DNA of 64,000 nucleotides from Dictyostelium discoideum (Eukaryota): NCBI GenBank assembly GCA_000004695.1, contig CM000153.2, positions 4,736,001 to 4,800,000 of the forward strand, read 5' to 3'. Shown piece by piece: positions 13,168 to 29,266 of this stretch (position 1 is its first letter; each line of letters starts with the position of its first letter). The notes under the pieces were generated by a model. It saw only the letters and a program-made list of their open reading frames with translations, ran no database searches and was not told where the DNA came from. The position numbers and the translations under genes were made by a program.

Positions 13168-14834
13168 TTAATTATCACAACCATAATCGAAATCATTATC
13201 ATAATGAGTATGAGAATCATTATGATCATCTTCAATATTTGATACACCGACAGTACAAGCATCAGAACATTTTGGGAATGGTAATTTATTTGGAACCATT
13301 GCAATTTCAGAGGTGAATTGAGATTTCTTACCTAGTGGAGTAATAAAAGTTGCCTCAACGAAGAACCCAGTCCAACCTGAAGTTGGTTTTGAAATGGTTA
13401 CTTTATAAATTGGACCATTGTTTTTATTAGTTGATGTTTCTGGTGATAAAACAGTTGGAATCCATGGAATTGGTTGATAACAAGTTGGAAGAGAACAAGT
13501 AAACATACGGAAATCTCTCTTGGTTGATGAGATGGTTGTACCAGAATAAACAACAACTGATACTGGTAAAATTGATTTTTTATCCAATGATAAACTAATT
13601 GTACCAGTGTTATTATCTGCTGAATAATCAATAGTCCATGAATAGGATGGAATTTCAACTTTAGAAGCAGTGACATAATCGAAAAAGGTTGACATTGAAT
13701 TAACAACTTGATCAACACCATTAAGAATGTAATGATTTGTGTTTGGTATAATTCTTAAATAGTTATCACCTTTTAATTGTGACCAAAAGTATTTAGTTGA
13801 ATCACTTAAGAAGAATTCATCACCAGTTGTTAAAACTACTAATTTTGGCATTGTCAATTTGTTAAAGTAAACCAATGGATCAACGATATTTGTTAATTTA
13901 GTCATTAATTTAGTGTAGAGGTAATCTGGTATGCCAGCTGCAACATAATCACCCAAAGCGAAAGACCAGTCACCATAAGCTTCCATTTGTTGGCCAATAT
14001 TATTTACCATGTTTGGAATTGGCATAACTACTGGAATGATTGCTTTGACTCTTTTTTCAACTGCACCAGTTAACCAAGTTGCCCAACCACGTTTACTTAA
14101 ACCTGATACAACGAAATCTTTGATTTTATAAGCACCAGTTTTAGTTTTACCAAATTCTTGAACTGCATCCATTGCCCTAACTGCAGCTTTAACCATTGGA
14201 AGATAACCAAGAACTGTTGGATCTCTACTATCATTTAGGAATGCTCTGAATGTATAACCAAGGAATGCATCTTCAATTCTTGGTACACCTTCTTTAGTGA
14301 ATGTAATTGGTTGGTTTGGAATTTGTGTAAGATCAGCAGTAATTGCATTACTTTTAATACAAACATTTGATGAATAGGGTGAAATTGATTCAATACCTGG
14401 TACAGTTACATTATTATTTTTACCATCAATAAATAAAAAAGCAGTATCAATTCCTTTTTTTTTATTATAACTATCTGGAATACAAATTGTTAACCAATGT
14501 TTCCAAACTGAATTATCAGTATCTTGATTAGATAACCATTTTTGTGATACTATAATATTTGAAAAATAAAATAAAAATACTAAATTAATATTTAAAAATT
14601 AACAATATATATATTAATTAATAAAAAAAAAAAAAAAGAAAATAACATACCTAAAGATAAAACATGATAAGTAGCATTATTTAATTTATATGTTGCTTTC
14701 AAATCCCAATTATAATGTGGATCATATGATTGAACATAATCAAATAATGGTTTACCACTTCCATTTCTCGCATTAACGCTAATTGCTATAATTGATAAAA
14801 TTATAGAAATTAAAATTGATTTTAATAATTTCAT
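13168..14834 (-). CDS. Secreted PhoPQ-activated pathogenicity-related protein (PqaA) family protein, 2 exons: 14834..14651 and 14549..13168 (~521 aa)
   Basis: Exon 1 encodes a signal peptide (MKLLKSILISIILSIIAISVNA) and ends TTA G|GTATGT. Acceptor attatag|TA TCA CAA AAA TGG gives ...VSQKWLSNQDTDNSVWKHWLTICIPDSYNKKKGIDTAFLFIDGKNNN..., which reads continuously into ORF 13168..14196 (…GLSKRGWATWLTGAVEKRVKAIIPVVMPIPNM…). These motifs match the PqaA-like hydrolase family, which is expanded in Dictyostelium. Confidence 0.8.
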
Positions 14835-15445
14835 AGTGTTACAAAGTATTAATACAATAGTTAATTATATTTAATTTTTTTTTTTTTTTTTTTTTAAAAT
14901 ACAAATTATAATGAATAGAATAAAAAAAAAAATTAGAAAATAAAAAAGGAAAACTTTATTTATACATTTTCAAATGTAGGAAAAAAAAAATTGTTTAGAA
15001 AAAAGTTTTAGTAATATAAATTTTTTCCCACGTAATAAAGAAGTTAGATTTGTTTCACCGAAACAAATGGGTTTTTTTTTTTATGATCAGTTCACAATAA
15101 AAACCATAAAAAATAAAATTAAATTAGACAATCTAATTTTTTTTTTATCGGGTTGTACCAAAAAATAAAGAAAATCTTTGAGATAAAAAAAAAAAAAAAA
15201 AATGAAAAAAAAAAAGAAATCTTTAAAGGAGTTAATATTAATTAATTATTGGTTAAAAGTGATTTCATACATTTTAAAATGCTTTTTTTTAAAAATAAAA
15301 ATAATAATATTATAATAAAATCTAATTTTAATGGTTCCTTTTTTTTTTTTTTTTTTTTTTTTAATATTTGCAAGATAACAAACATACGTGAACATTTTGA
15401 TGGATTCTTTTTCTTTTTTTTTTTCTTTTTCTTTTTTTTTTTTTT

Positions 15446-15515
15446 TTGTAACTAAAGAAATTCCCACCCACAAAAAATATTTTTTTTTTTTTGTAACTAA
15501 AGAAATTCCTTGTGG
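15446..15515 (+). promoter_or_regulatory. Direct repeat 'tttgtaactaaagaaattcc' x2 (44-bp period) containing a DUSE-like 'CCCACCCACAA' core, in the intergenic region upstream of the PqaA-like gene
   Basis: Copies at 15446..15465 and 15490..15509. The first is followed by cccacccacaa, the second by ttgtggtttgaggg (a partial inverse complement). It lies ~620 bp upstream of the ATG at 14834 on the minus strand. Confidence 0.3.
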
Positions 15516-15623
15516 TTTGAGGGAAAATAAAATTTATTTTTATAACATTTTTTTTATTTATTTATCTATTATTATTTAGTATGTTTTCCTAATAAAACAA
15601 AAAAATTAAAAAATTAAAATTAT

Positions 15624-15960
15624 TTAATTATCATCTGGCATTATATTATTTAAAAATAAATTTATATTGCGATCTTTCTCTTCTTTTGTAAACCATCTTT
15701 TTTCAGTTTCAACTTTTAATTTACTAACAACAGGTTGTTTTCTTTTTTTAGTTATATTTCCATTTGATAAAGATGTTGGAATTGGTAAAGTAGTAATTTT
15801 AGTTCGATATGATATTTTTTTTTTAATTGGGGGTGGTGTTGGATTTTTAATAAAATCTTCATCTAAATAAATTTGACTATCGTATGTATAAACTTCATCA
15901 TCATCATCATCATCATCATAATTACAATCATCATCTTCTTCATCACTATTATTATTATTA

Positions 15961-16016
<56 letters not shown>

Positions 16017-16367
16017 TTCATTATTTTCATTATTCTTATTATTATGTATTCTTTTTCGTTTTCTTATTTTTTCAGATTCAGTTTGTAATTCAACTAGATG
16101 CTTAAATTCCCTTAATTCAATTTTATTTTTTATTACTTTTTCATAATTATCTGCTTTTGATTTAAAAATAATAAGATCTATATTCTTTAAACAAGGTCCA
16201 TATTGAAGTAATAACTTATAAAATGAAAATATTAACCAATCTGGTATAATATCACCTCCATGTTCTAAATGAGCATCATAAAGTATCTTTAAATAATATT
16301 GAGTTTTTGAATAAACTTTTTCTGCAAAATAAAATTTTCTCTCTTCTTCATCTTCATCATAATATAA

Positions 16368-16436
<69 letters not shown>

Positions 16437-17690
16437 AATATCATCATCATTATTATTATTTAATAATGGATGATAAAATGGATATCTTGGATCATTTACT
16501 GAAGGTTTTAAAGATTGAATTGAGTTTATCATTTTTCTTAAATATTCTTTGTTTAAAATATTTGTGTTTAAAATATGTTTTAAATTTTCAATGAGAATTA
16601 AAGGATTATCTAAAAAAAGTTCTAAATGTTTTGAAAGAATATAATCTACATGATTTGGAGTATAAGTAATGACTAAATTTTTAATATCTTTTGGTAATTC
16701 TATACAGTAGTAACTTGATAAATCTTTATGTTTCATATAGTTGACAATTAAATCAGCAGTTTCAATAGTATCAGAATTTATTGATAAATTCTTTTTTCTT
16801 TTTATTGATATATGATTTAAATGAAATCTTAATAACTTATTTGCTTTCTTCTTTTCATTTGTAAATGTAATTTTAACAATATCATTCAACTCTGATCTCC
16901 TCAACCAAAATAAAACTTCTGCTGGTTTTCTATATTTTCTTTTAATTTTATTATTATTGTTATTATTATTATTATTATTATTACGATCTGAAGGTTTATA
17001 ATATAAATTTTGAATTTCATCATGAATATTGAATTCTTGAATTTTATCAATTTTATTTTTATTACCAATTGAACTTTCTTTGATTGTTTTATATGATAGT
17101 TTTGGATATATTTGATATAATTCACTATTTATTTTCATTGAATCCCAAAGTTTTTCACTATTATTATAGTTATCTAAATCATCTTCATCTTCATCTTCAT
17201 TATTATTATTATTATTATTATCATCTGAAAATAAATGTTGAATATCATCTTCAATCATATTATCAAATTCACAAGTATCATAAACTTTATGAATGTATTC
17301 ATTGAAATCTCCATTATACATTTTCTCTTTTTCGTTATAATCTATTGTACATTGTAATGTACCAACAAATAATTTTAAACCAATCCTATTTGAGAGTTCT
17401 GCAAGTTTATCTAAATTTTTTGAAAGTGATTCATGTCCATTTTTTAATTTAAAAAAACTTGCTATTATTTTCTTTCTACTATTATTATTATCATCTTGAG
17501 CATTATGATTTTCGTTGTGGTCATTATTTTGATTATTTAATTTTGATGAAAATAATGAGTTAAAAGATTGTATTAAATCATCAAAATCATCTTGTTGGTA
17601 TTCTTTATCAAAACCATCATCATCTTGATTAAGTAATTTAACCAAATTACAAATTTGATTTATAATTTTTTTAAATTCTTTATTTACCAT
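15624..17690 (-). CDS. Hypothetical Asn/Asp-rich protein (688 aa), single exon
   Basis: Long uninterrupted ORF with several poly-Asn tracts, acidic runs and a basic C-terminus. A Myb/SANT-like 'KRWFTKEEKDRNINLF' lies near the C-terminus. No confident family assignment. Confidence 0.6.
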
Positions 17691-17743
17691 TATTCTATTT
17701 GAGGTGAAGATATGAAAAAAAAAAAAATAAAGGGAAAATGAAA

Positions 17744-17776
<33 letters not shown>

Positions 17777-18200
17777 CGGGAGATTTTTTTTTTTTTTTTT
17801 TTTTTGTTTTATTATTTTATTATTCCAGAAAAAAATAATCAATAAACCAATCTATTTTGAAATAGATTTTCCAATTATTTTGGATTTTTTTTATTTTCAT
17901 ATGATGCATTTATTTTTATAAAAAATAAAAAAAAAAAAAAAATAAAAAAAAAGAAAACACCGAGAAATTAAAAAGGAATAAGAAAAAAAAAAAAAAAAAA
18001 AAAATTAATATCCCTTCAATTCAAGGCCCAGTAAAAAAACCAAAATAAAATGAGAACAAATATCTCGTGGAGAAGCAACTAAAAATTGCATTATCCAATT
18101 TTAAAATAAAAAAGATATTATCAAAGACCTAAATAGATAATCTAGAATATAACATTACAATTTTTTTTTTTTTTTTTTTATTTTTTTTTTTTTAATTTTT

Positions 18201-19472
18201 TTAAAAAGCATCTTCAAGTCTAAAAGCTTCTTCTGAACCCAATGATTTTCTACCAAAAAATTCCTCACCGCTATCTGATGATAAATATGTATTTTGTTTA
18301 TTTTTAAAATTATAAGTTCCATCAGCATTTAAAATATAAGTAAATATACATTCATCTTGAGCACTACCACCATAAAATCCATAATATTTATTTGTAAAAA
18401 AACGAGGATCTTTTTTTAAACATATAGATTTACCATAGAAATCCCGAATATTAAGTGTACCATCTCCTCTATCAATAAATCTTAGTCTTTGTTCTGTTCC
18501 TCTTGTATTATGTAAAAATTTTAATTCTTCTTTTTCTTTTGAAGTAGCCATTTTAAGCCTTTCTTTTGAAATAATATATTTTGGAGAATCATAAAATGGT
18601 GGTGGAGTGGGAGCTGGAGTTTGAGTTGGAGCTGAGGTTGGGGTTGGTGTTTCTGTTGGTGTTGGTGTTTCTGTTGGTGTTTCTGTTGGTGTTTCTGTTG
18701 GTGTTGGTGTTTCAGTAGGTGTTGGTGTTTCTGTTGGGGTTTCTGTTGGGGTTTCTGTTGGGGTTTCTGTTGGGGTTTCTGTTGGAGTTTCCGTTGGTGT
18801 TGGCGTTGTTGTTTCAGTTGGTGTTTCAGTTGGGGTTTCAGTCGGTGTTGGTGTTGGTGTTTCAGTTGGTGTTTCAGTTGGTGTTTCAGTTGGTGTTTCA
18901 GTTGGAGTTGGCGTTTCAGTTGGAGTTGGCGTTTCAGTTGGAGTTGGCGTTTCAGTTGGAGTTGGTGTTTCTGTTTCAGTTGGAGTTGGTGTTGGTGATT
19001 CTTCAGGAGTTGACGAAGGGTTTTGTGAAGATTCAGAAGATCCCAATGATTGCGAAGATTCAGAAGATGTCAATGATTGAGAATTTTCAGAAGATTCCAA
19101 TGGTTGCAAAGATTCAGAAAATTCAGATATTGAAGAACTTGATGTTTGATTTAATTCTGGATTTTTTATTGATAAATCGGGTCCATTTAAAATTGAGTGT
19201 GAAAATAAATTATCACTTTGACTTGTTGAATTGTAATGAAAAATTAACCGATTTACAACCAATGATGCCATAAATAGTAAACTGAAAATAATAAATACAT
19301 GAATTATTTTAAATTTGGAATTATAGAAATTGAGAAAATAAATTAATGTATAAGGCCTTGAAGGTTTTTTAATTGATTTTTTTGGAAATTGAGATATTTT
19401 ATCATCTTGGCTAATTATTATATTATTTCCAAAGTCAATATTTATGGATATACTATTTAAATCATTGTTAAA

Positions 19473-19552
<80 letters not shown>

Positions 19553-19574
19553 CTTTTATTTCCAAATTTTTCAT
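18201..19574 (-). CDS. Type-II membrane protein, kinase-less paralogue of the neighbouring TM kinase: poly-Asn N-terminus, TM helix, Ser-rich region, (T-E-T-P/T-P) repeat stalk, ~130-aa C-terminal extracellular domain
   Basis: 457-aa ORF. The TM-flanking sequence '[31 protein letters not shown]' is homologous to 'LSHLNSKFKIIYLFLILLFLMTILVNL' of gene 20048..22163. The C-terminal domain '[22 protein letters not shown]...[27 protein letters not shown]' is paralogous to the kinase gene's C-terminus. Confidence 0.7.
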
Positions 19575-20005
19575 TACTTAAATTTTAAAAATTGAATTAA
19601 ATCAAAAACACATATCTCTTAAATTTAAAAATAAAAAAAAAAAATTTACCAAGGATCTTTCGTTTTTTACTTTTTTTATTTTTTTATTTTTTATATTTTT
19701 TTTATTTTTTTTTTCAAAAAAAAGTGAGTAAATTTAAACGTCAAAAAACTTAAAATTTATATGGAAGTTTTTTTTCAAAAACTAAGCGGTACTGGTAATG
19801 ATTTAAAAAAAAAGACATAAAAAAAATACGAATCACAAAAAAAAAAAAAAAAAAATTACAACAGTGTTTAATATAAAATAACAAAAATAATTATATTTTT
19901 TTTTTTTAAAAAATAAGATTTAATTATTTTATTAATTAATTTGTTTATATTTTTGTTTGTTTAAATTTTGAGTTAAAAAAAAAATAATGTTGTTGTGGTT
20001 TTGAG

Positions 20006-20043
<38 letters not shown>

Positions 20044-20047
20044 AATC

Positions 20048-22163
20048 TTAGTTTGGACCCAAAGAGTGGCTAAAATAAATAAAAAATTGTGATTGTGATC
20101 CTAATCCACCAGGTTTAGTAGAGATAAATCTTGTAGTTTCATCTGATTGTATATATTGATCATTTGGACTTCTAAATGAGTAAAGATTTGCTTGTTTATC
20201 TATATTAAATTGTGTTATTAGGTTGAAAGTACAATCTCTTCCATCTTTATTAGCATTTAACCTTCCTTTTAATTTTTCTGAAAAATGATAATGTTCACCA
20301 GACAAACAAATATACATTCCACCCTTTTCTCTAATTGAAAAAGTTTGTTCTGCATTACCATCATATTCTAAAACCATTGATTGATCTCTTCCTTTTTTAT
20401 CAATAAATTCCAAATCTTGACTATTTAAAACTGTTAAGCATTGATCTATCTTTTGAGAGCAAATAAAAACTGGTGTATTAAAAAATGGATTTATAGTTGG
20501 TTTTGGTGTTTCGGTAACCGGTGGTTCAGTAATAGGTGGATCAGTTACTGGTGGATCAGTTATTGGTGGATCAGTTATTGGTGGATCAGTTACTGGTGGA
20601 TCTGTAGTTGATGAGTCTGTTGGTTGTAAATCATTTGAATTTGAGGAATAATTTATTTCTGAGGATTGTGATTCAGATGATGATGATGATTCAGATGATG
20701 ATGATTCAGATGATGATGATTCAGATGATGATTCAGATGATGACGATGATTCATATGATGATTGTGAACCTTCACTATATTGATTATAATCTGAAGATTG
20801 AGTTGGTGAAGGTTTTTTTATTGGATTTGATTCTGGTGTTATTGACAAAAATATATTATCTCTTTGAATGATTGAAAATTTAGTTTGTACATGTCGATTT
20901 AAATTTACCAATATTGTCATTAAAAATAATAAAATTAAAAAAAGATAAATTATTTTAAATTTTGAATTTAAATGACTTAATTTTGAAATTCCTGTATATT
21001 TTTCATGTAAAGTGATTGTTTTAATTGGATATTGGTTTTCATATGTACTTTGAATTAAATATAAATTTTCAAACCTAATTTCATTAATACTACAAGTACT
21101 ATTACTTCCAATACTTTCAGTATTGTGTATTTCAATGTATGAATCTCTTTCATTCTCTTTTAAAAAATCGAAATATTCTTTATTGTCATTATAAAATTGT
21201 TCATTTTCGTCATTGAAGAATGGATGTTTAATTAATTGATGTGATTTTATTCTTTTTGAAGGTTCGGTTTGAAAACAAAGATTTAAAATCTCTGTAAATA
21301 GTGAATTCACTGGGAAAACCGGTATATTATTGGGTCTTTGTAAACAAAGTTGATTTAAACCCCATTTCATTTCAACAATAATACAACCTAAACTCCATAT
21401 ATCTAAACTTGAATTACTACCTTTATTATTTAATAATATTTCTGGTGCCATATATAATGTGGTTCCAACTGATGATATAGTTTGTAATTTTACAGTTTTA
21501 TTTATAATATTTTCATTAATTGCTTTTGATAATCCAAAATCAATTAATTTTAAATTAATTTTATTATTTTGATTTTGATTTTGATTTTGATTTTGAAACA
21601 TAATATTCTCTGGTTTTAAATCTCTATGCATTATACCTTTATCATTTAAATAAACTAATGCTTTTAATAATTCTTTTATAATTTCTTTGATTTCAATATC
21701 TGAGAATTTTTTATTTTCTATTATCGATTTCATTGATTCACCTTCAATGAATTCCATAATAATATATGCATATGTTTTTGAATTATTAAATTCTAAAGAA
21801 TAGTATTTTACAAATTTTGGATCATTTAATTTTTTTAAATAATCAACTTCTTTCATTGTCTTTTTTTTTTTTATTAAAAAAATTAATTTACCATTTTTAT
21901 TAAAAGTGTTTAGAAAATAAAATTAAAATGAATGAAAATAAAAATAAAATAAAACTTACAAATTTACAATATTGAATAACTTTTATTGCACATACAAAAT
22001 TTGGATCTAATTTTTTATGTGCTTTATAAACTTGACCAAATGAACCTTTTGAAAGTTGCCTTTCTATAACCCAATTCGATTTTATATAATACAAAGGATC
22101 TTCTGCCATATTGTAGTTATTATGTTTTTTATTTTTAACCCAATCATTATATTTGTCGGTCAT
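20048..22163 (-). CDS. Receptor-like type-II transmembrane Ser/Thr protein kinase, 2 exons: 22163..21960 and 21859..20048. N-terminal cytoplasmic kinase, TM, Ser-rich region, (P-P-[VI]-T-D) repeat stalk, C-terminal extracellular domain
   Basis: Exon 1 carries the glycine loop LSKGSFGQV and VAIK-like 'CAIKVIQ', and ends AAA TTT|GTAAGT. Acceptor aaaaaaaag|ACA ATG AAA is phase 0. Exon 2 has the αC Glu (KEVDYLKKL), HRDLKPENIMF, DFGLSK and GTTLYMAPE motifs. The TM helix IIYLFLILLFLMTILVNL follows the kinase. The C-terminal domain is shared with gene 18201..19574. Confidence 0.8.
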
Positions 22164-22499
22164 CCCTTATTTTTTTTTTTTTTTTTTTTTGCAAAGTAAG
22201 TCTTTTTTTTTTATTATTATTATTTTTAAGATTTTTTTGTTAATTTTTTGAGTGATTGGAAAAAAAAAAAAAAATCAAAAAAAGAAAAAAATAAAAAAAA
22301 AAAAAAAAAATATTAAAAACCATCGTTTCGTTTTCGAAAATTTTTGATAACTATAAAATTAATTTTTTGTTTTTTTTAAATTTTAAAATTATTTTGGTTG
22401 GTCATTAGAAAATGGTGAATAATTATTACACTAAATAAAAGTAATATTTAGTTTTTTAATTTATATATCTATTTTCTTTTTTTTTTTTTTTTTTTCCTA

Positions 22500-22538
<39 letters not shown>

Positions 22539-22840
22539 CATTTAAAAAATTAATTATTATTAATCATTTTTTCAAATAAAAATAGCACCCCCCCCCCCCA
22601 ATGAAGATCACGACAGTGTTTTAATTTTTTATTATTATTTTTTTATTTTTTTTTTTAATTTTTTTTTATTTTTTTTTTTTTTGTTTGGTGGTAAATTTTT
22701 TTATTTTTATTTTTTTTATTTTTATTTTTATATTTAATAAACTAAAAAAAATAAAATAATAACAGTAATAATAATAATATTAATAATAATAGTAATAAAA
22801 ACTAATAATAATAATAATAATAATAATTTAATAAAAAATA

Positions 22841-23279
22841 ATGCATAAATTAATTATTTATTGTACTCCAGAACACTCTGAAAATTTAAAAAAAGAATTA
22901 TTTGAAAGATTCATTGGTAAAACTCATACTTATGAACATGTTGTTATTCAAAGTAAAGTTACTCAATACTTTAAGTATGGAATAATATTTTATATTCAAT
23001 TAAATAATTTTTCAATTTAATTAATTAATTAACAAAAAAAATTAATAATAATACTAACGAAAATAATAAAAATAATAATTATAAATATAATATTAAAAAA
23101 GATTATCAGTTTTAAAAGATCAGAGTATAGAACTTGATAAACTAGAATTTTATGTTTCTGATGAAAGTAATCGTATTTTTAATGCTTTGGAATATTTGAA
23201 GGAAAATTTACCAAATGAACATTGTTCATTTGAATCTTATCATTTAGGAAATAATGGTTATATAGGTTTTAATAAATAA
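22841..23279 (+). CDS. Small hypothetical protein (~104 aa), 2 exons: 22841..22974 and 23102..23279
   Basis: ATG at 22841 (MHKLIIYCTPEHSENLKKELFERFIGKTHTYEHVVIQSKVTQYFK). Donor TTT AA|GTATGG. A 127-nt AT-rich intron ends aaaaaag|A TTA TCA. The spliced frame continues ...KLSVLKDQSIELDKLEFYVSDESNRIFNALEYLKENLPNEHCSFESYHLGNNGYIGFNK*. Not in the ORF track because each exon is under 60 aa. Unspliced, the ORF terminates after ~52 aa. Confidence 0.45.
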
Positions 23280-23467
23280 AATAGTATTTCTTTGGATTTT
23301 TAAAACAATTAAAACAATTAAATAAATTTAAAAAAAAAAAAAAGAAAAAAGAAAAAAAAAAAAAACAAATAATGTTTAGAAAAAAAAAAAAAAATAGGGT
23401 TTCTTTTTTTTTTTTTTTTATAATAATTATTATTTAATAACTATTATTTATTTAACCTTATGTTTTT

Positions 23468-23983
23468 TTAAAGTGTTATAACAGATAATAATAAAGAAAG
23501 AATTAAAGCGAAAGGAATGACAATTGTTGAACTTGTTCCAGTGGTTGTAAAGGCAGCAGTGGTGGAAGCAGTGGTGACAGCAGCAGTGGTGGCAGCAGTG
23601 GTGACAGCAGCAGTGGTGGCAGCAGTGGTGACAGCAGCAGTTGTGGCACCTGCATCTGGAGCACAATCAATTGAAAAAACTCCAACTGTAACTGGAGTAC
23701 CACAAGTTAATGTTTGTTGACCGGCTGAATTTTTACATTGATCTGTTGCTTGGTACCCATTTATATCGTATTTATTAGTTTCACCAGATACTGCGGCAAT
23801 ATTTATATTACCTTGACCACAAACATCAATACACTTGGTTCCAACATCAGTTTGTGGAACTGAAATACTGCATGGATTTTTTGGATCTGCCGATGTGATT
23901 TTGAAACCAGAATATGTAGTTTCAGAATTTGTTAATGCAAAAATTGTAAAAACAAAGATTATTAATGCTGGAATGAATTTCAT
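23468..23983 (-). CDS. Ponticulin-like GPI-anchored Cys-rich surface protein (171 aa)
   Basis: Signal peptide MKFIPALIIFVFTIFALTNS, ~95-aa Cys-rich domain (8 Cys), (AAVTTAATT)n Ala/Thr repeat, and a hydrophobic C-terminal GPI-attachment-like tail. The architecture matches the Dictyostelium ponticulin-like family. Confidence 0.55.
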   Translation of the reverse strand: MKFIPALIIFVFTIFALTNSETTYSGFKITSADPKNPCSISVPQTDVGTKCIDVCGQGNINIAAVSGETNKYDINGYQATDQCKNSAGQQTLTCGTPVTVGVFSIDCAPDAGATTAAVTTAATTAAVTTAATTAAVTTASTTAAFTTTGTSSTIVIPFALILSLLLSVITL

Positions 23984-24134
23984 TTTTTTTTTTTTTTTTT
24001 TTTTTTTTGGAAAATTATTAATTATTTGTTTTGTTTTAATTTTTTTTTTTTTTTTTTTTAATTGTATTTTCTGAAAAATATTGAAATTGAGAAAAAAAAA
24101 TTGTGTTTAAAAAACATTTTAAAGATTCAAGTTA

Positions 24135-24171
<37 letters not shown>

Positions 24172-24651
24172 AAATCTAATCTCATGGAATTTTTTAGAAA
24201 ATAAACAAGTTAAAATAAATATAAAATTAAAAATAAAAAATAAAAATAAAATTAAAAATTAAAATTAAAATAAAAAATTAAAAATGTAAAAAAAGATAAA
24301 AATAATTTTTTTTTTTTTTTTTTTCTATTTTTTTTTTTTTTTTTTTTTCTGTTTTTTTTTTTTTTTTTTTTTGTACTATTGAACTTTAGAAATTTTTTTT
24401 AAATTAATTTTTTTTTTTTCAATTTTAACTTAAATTTAAATTTAAGTGGAAAATAAAAAAAAAAAATATCGTTTATTTTTTATTCCAAACACAAAAAAAA
24501 AAAAAAAAAAAAAAAAATTCTTAATGGTGATAATGAATATTTAAAAACATAAAAATAAATGAGTTTTTGAAAATCAATAATTTTCACCATTTTTTTTTTT
24601 TAATTTTTTTTTTTTTTAATGATTACTCACAAAACCAAAATTGTTGCATAA

Positions 24652-28568
<3,917 letters not shown>

Positions 28569-28608
28569 AAATAAAAAATAAAAATAATAATAATTAAACA
28601 CAAATAAT

Positions 28609-28950
28609 TTAATCTATTTTTGTTTTTTCTTCTTCATTTTCATTTTCATTACCTTTATCTTTTTCTTGATTTAATGGTATTCCTGTTTGTTTTTTTAATA
28701 TTTTAATTGATCTTTTAAAATCATTATAAAGTATATCTTTTTGTTGAGAAAATGTTAAATGAATTTCACTAATTTTCTTTTTTAATTGGTCAATTTGATC
28801 TTGTTGAGATGTAATTTCCTTATTATATTTCTCATGCAACTCTTTTTCTTTTTCCAATAATTGATTGGTTCTCTTTATAATTTCGTCAAAAAATCCACTT
28901 TCTTTATTAGTTGATTGTTTTGTTTCTTGTTGTGGTGTTTCTTTTTCCAT
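28609..28950 (-). CDS. Small coiled-coil protein (~113 aa), hypothetical
   Basis: ORF 28609..29019. The most plausible start is the internal ATG at 28950 (MEKETPQQETKQSTNKES…). The upstream 'MEIINIGIFFFFFF' is poly-T/A read-through. Heptad-like KEKELHEKYNKEITSQQDQIDQLKKKISEI. Confidence 0.45.
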   Translation of the reverse strand: MEKETPQQETKQSTNKESGFFDEIIKRTNQLLEKEKELHEKYNKEITSQQDQIDQLKKKISEIHLTFSQQKDILYNDFKRSIKILKKQTGIPLNQEKDKGNENENEEEKTKID

Positions 28951-29266
28951 TTTATTATATTTGTTAATATTTGAATTAAAAAAAAAAAAAAAAAAAATTC
29001 CAATATTTATAATTTCCATAAATTGTAAATTTAATGTATTTAACTTCGAATGTTTATTAAATTTTAATAATTAAAAGAAAAAATAATAATAAAAAAAAGA
29101 AGTAGATCAAATTTAAATTAATTTCAAAAAAGAAATCTATTGTTTTTTTCATTATCTGAATTTTTTAAATCTATTGTTTTTTTTTTTTTTTTTTTTTTTT
29201 ACAACAATTAAATAATAATAATATTTATTTTTAATAAGTGTTATATTTATATAATTATTATTAATT

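Noticed and set aside
15249-15579. Short ORFs rich in Phe/Lys in the 14.9-15.6 kb intergenic region
   Set aside because: They are translations of poly-T/poly-A tracts with no codon structure. The region is better explained as promoter DNA (see direct repeat 15446..15515).
18719-19273. 184-aa plus-strand ORF ([16 protein letters not shown]…) antisense to the TETP-repeat gene
   Set aside because: It is the reverse complement of the Thr/Pro/Glu repeat, giving an artificial Leu/Gly/Phe repeat. The sense strand has a complete, paralogue-supported protein.
22975-23101. Alternative reading of the small gene at 22841 as an unspliced 52-aa ORF ending at 23000
   Set aside because: Splicing GTATGG…aaaaaag gives a phase-consistent, non-low-complexity 104-aa product, and the intron has typical size and composition. 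The unspliced form cannot be excluded, hence modest confidence.
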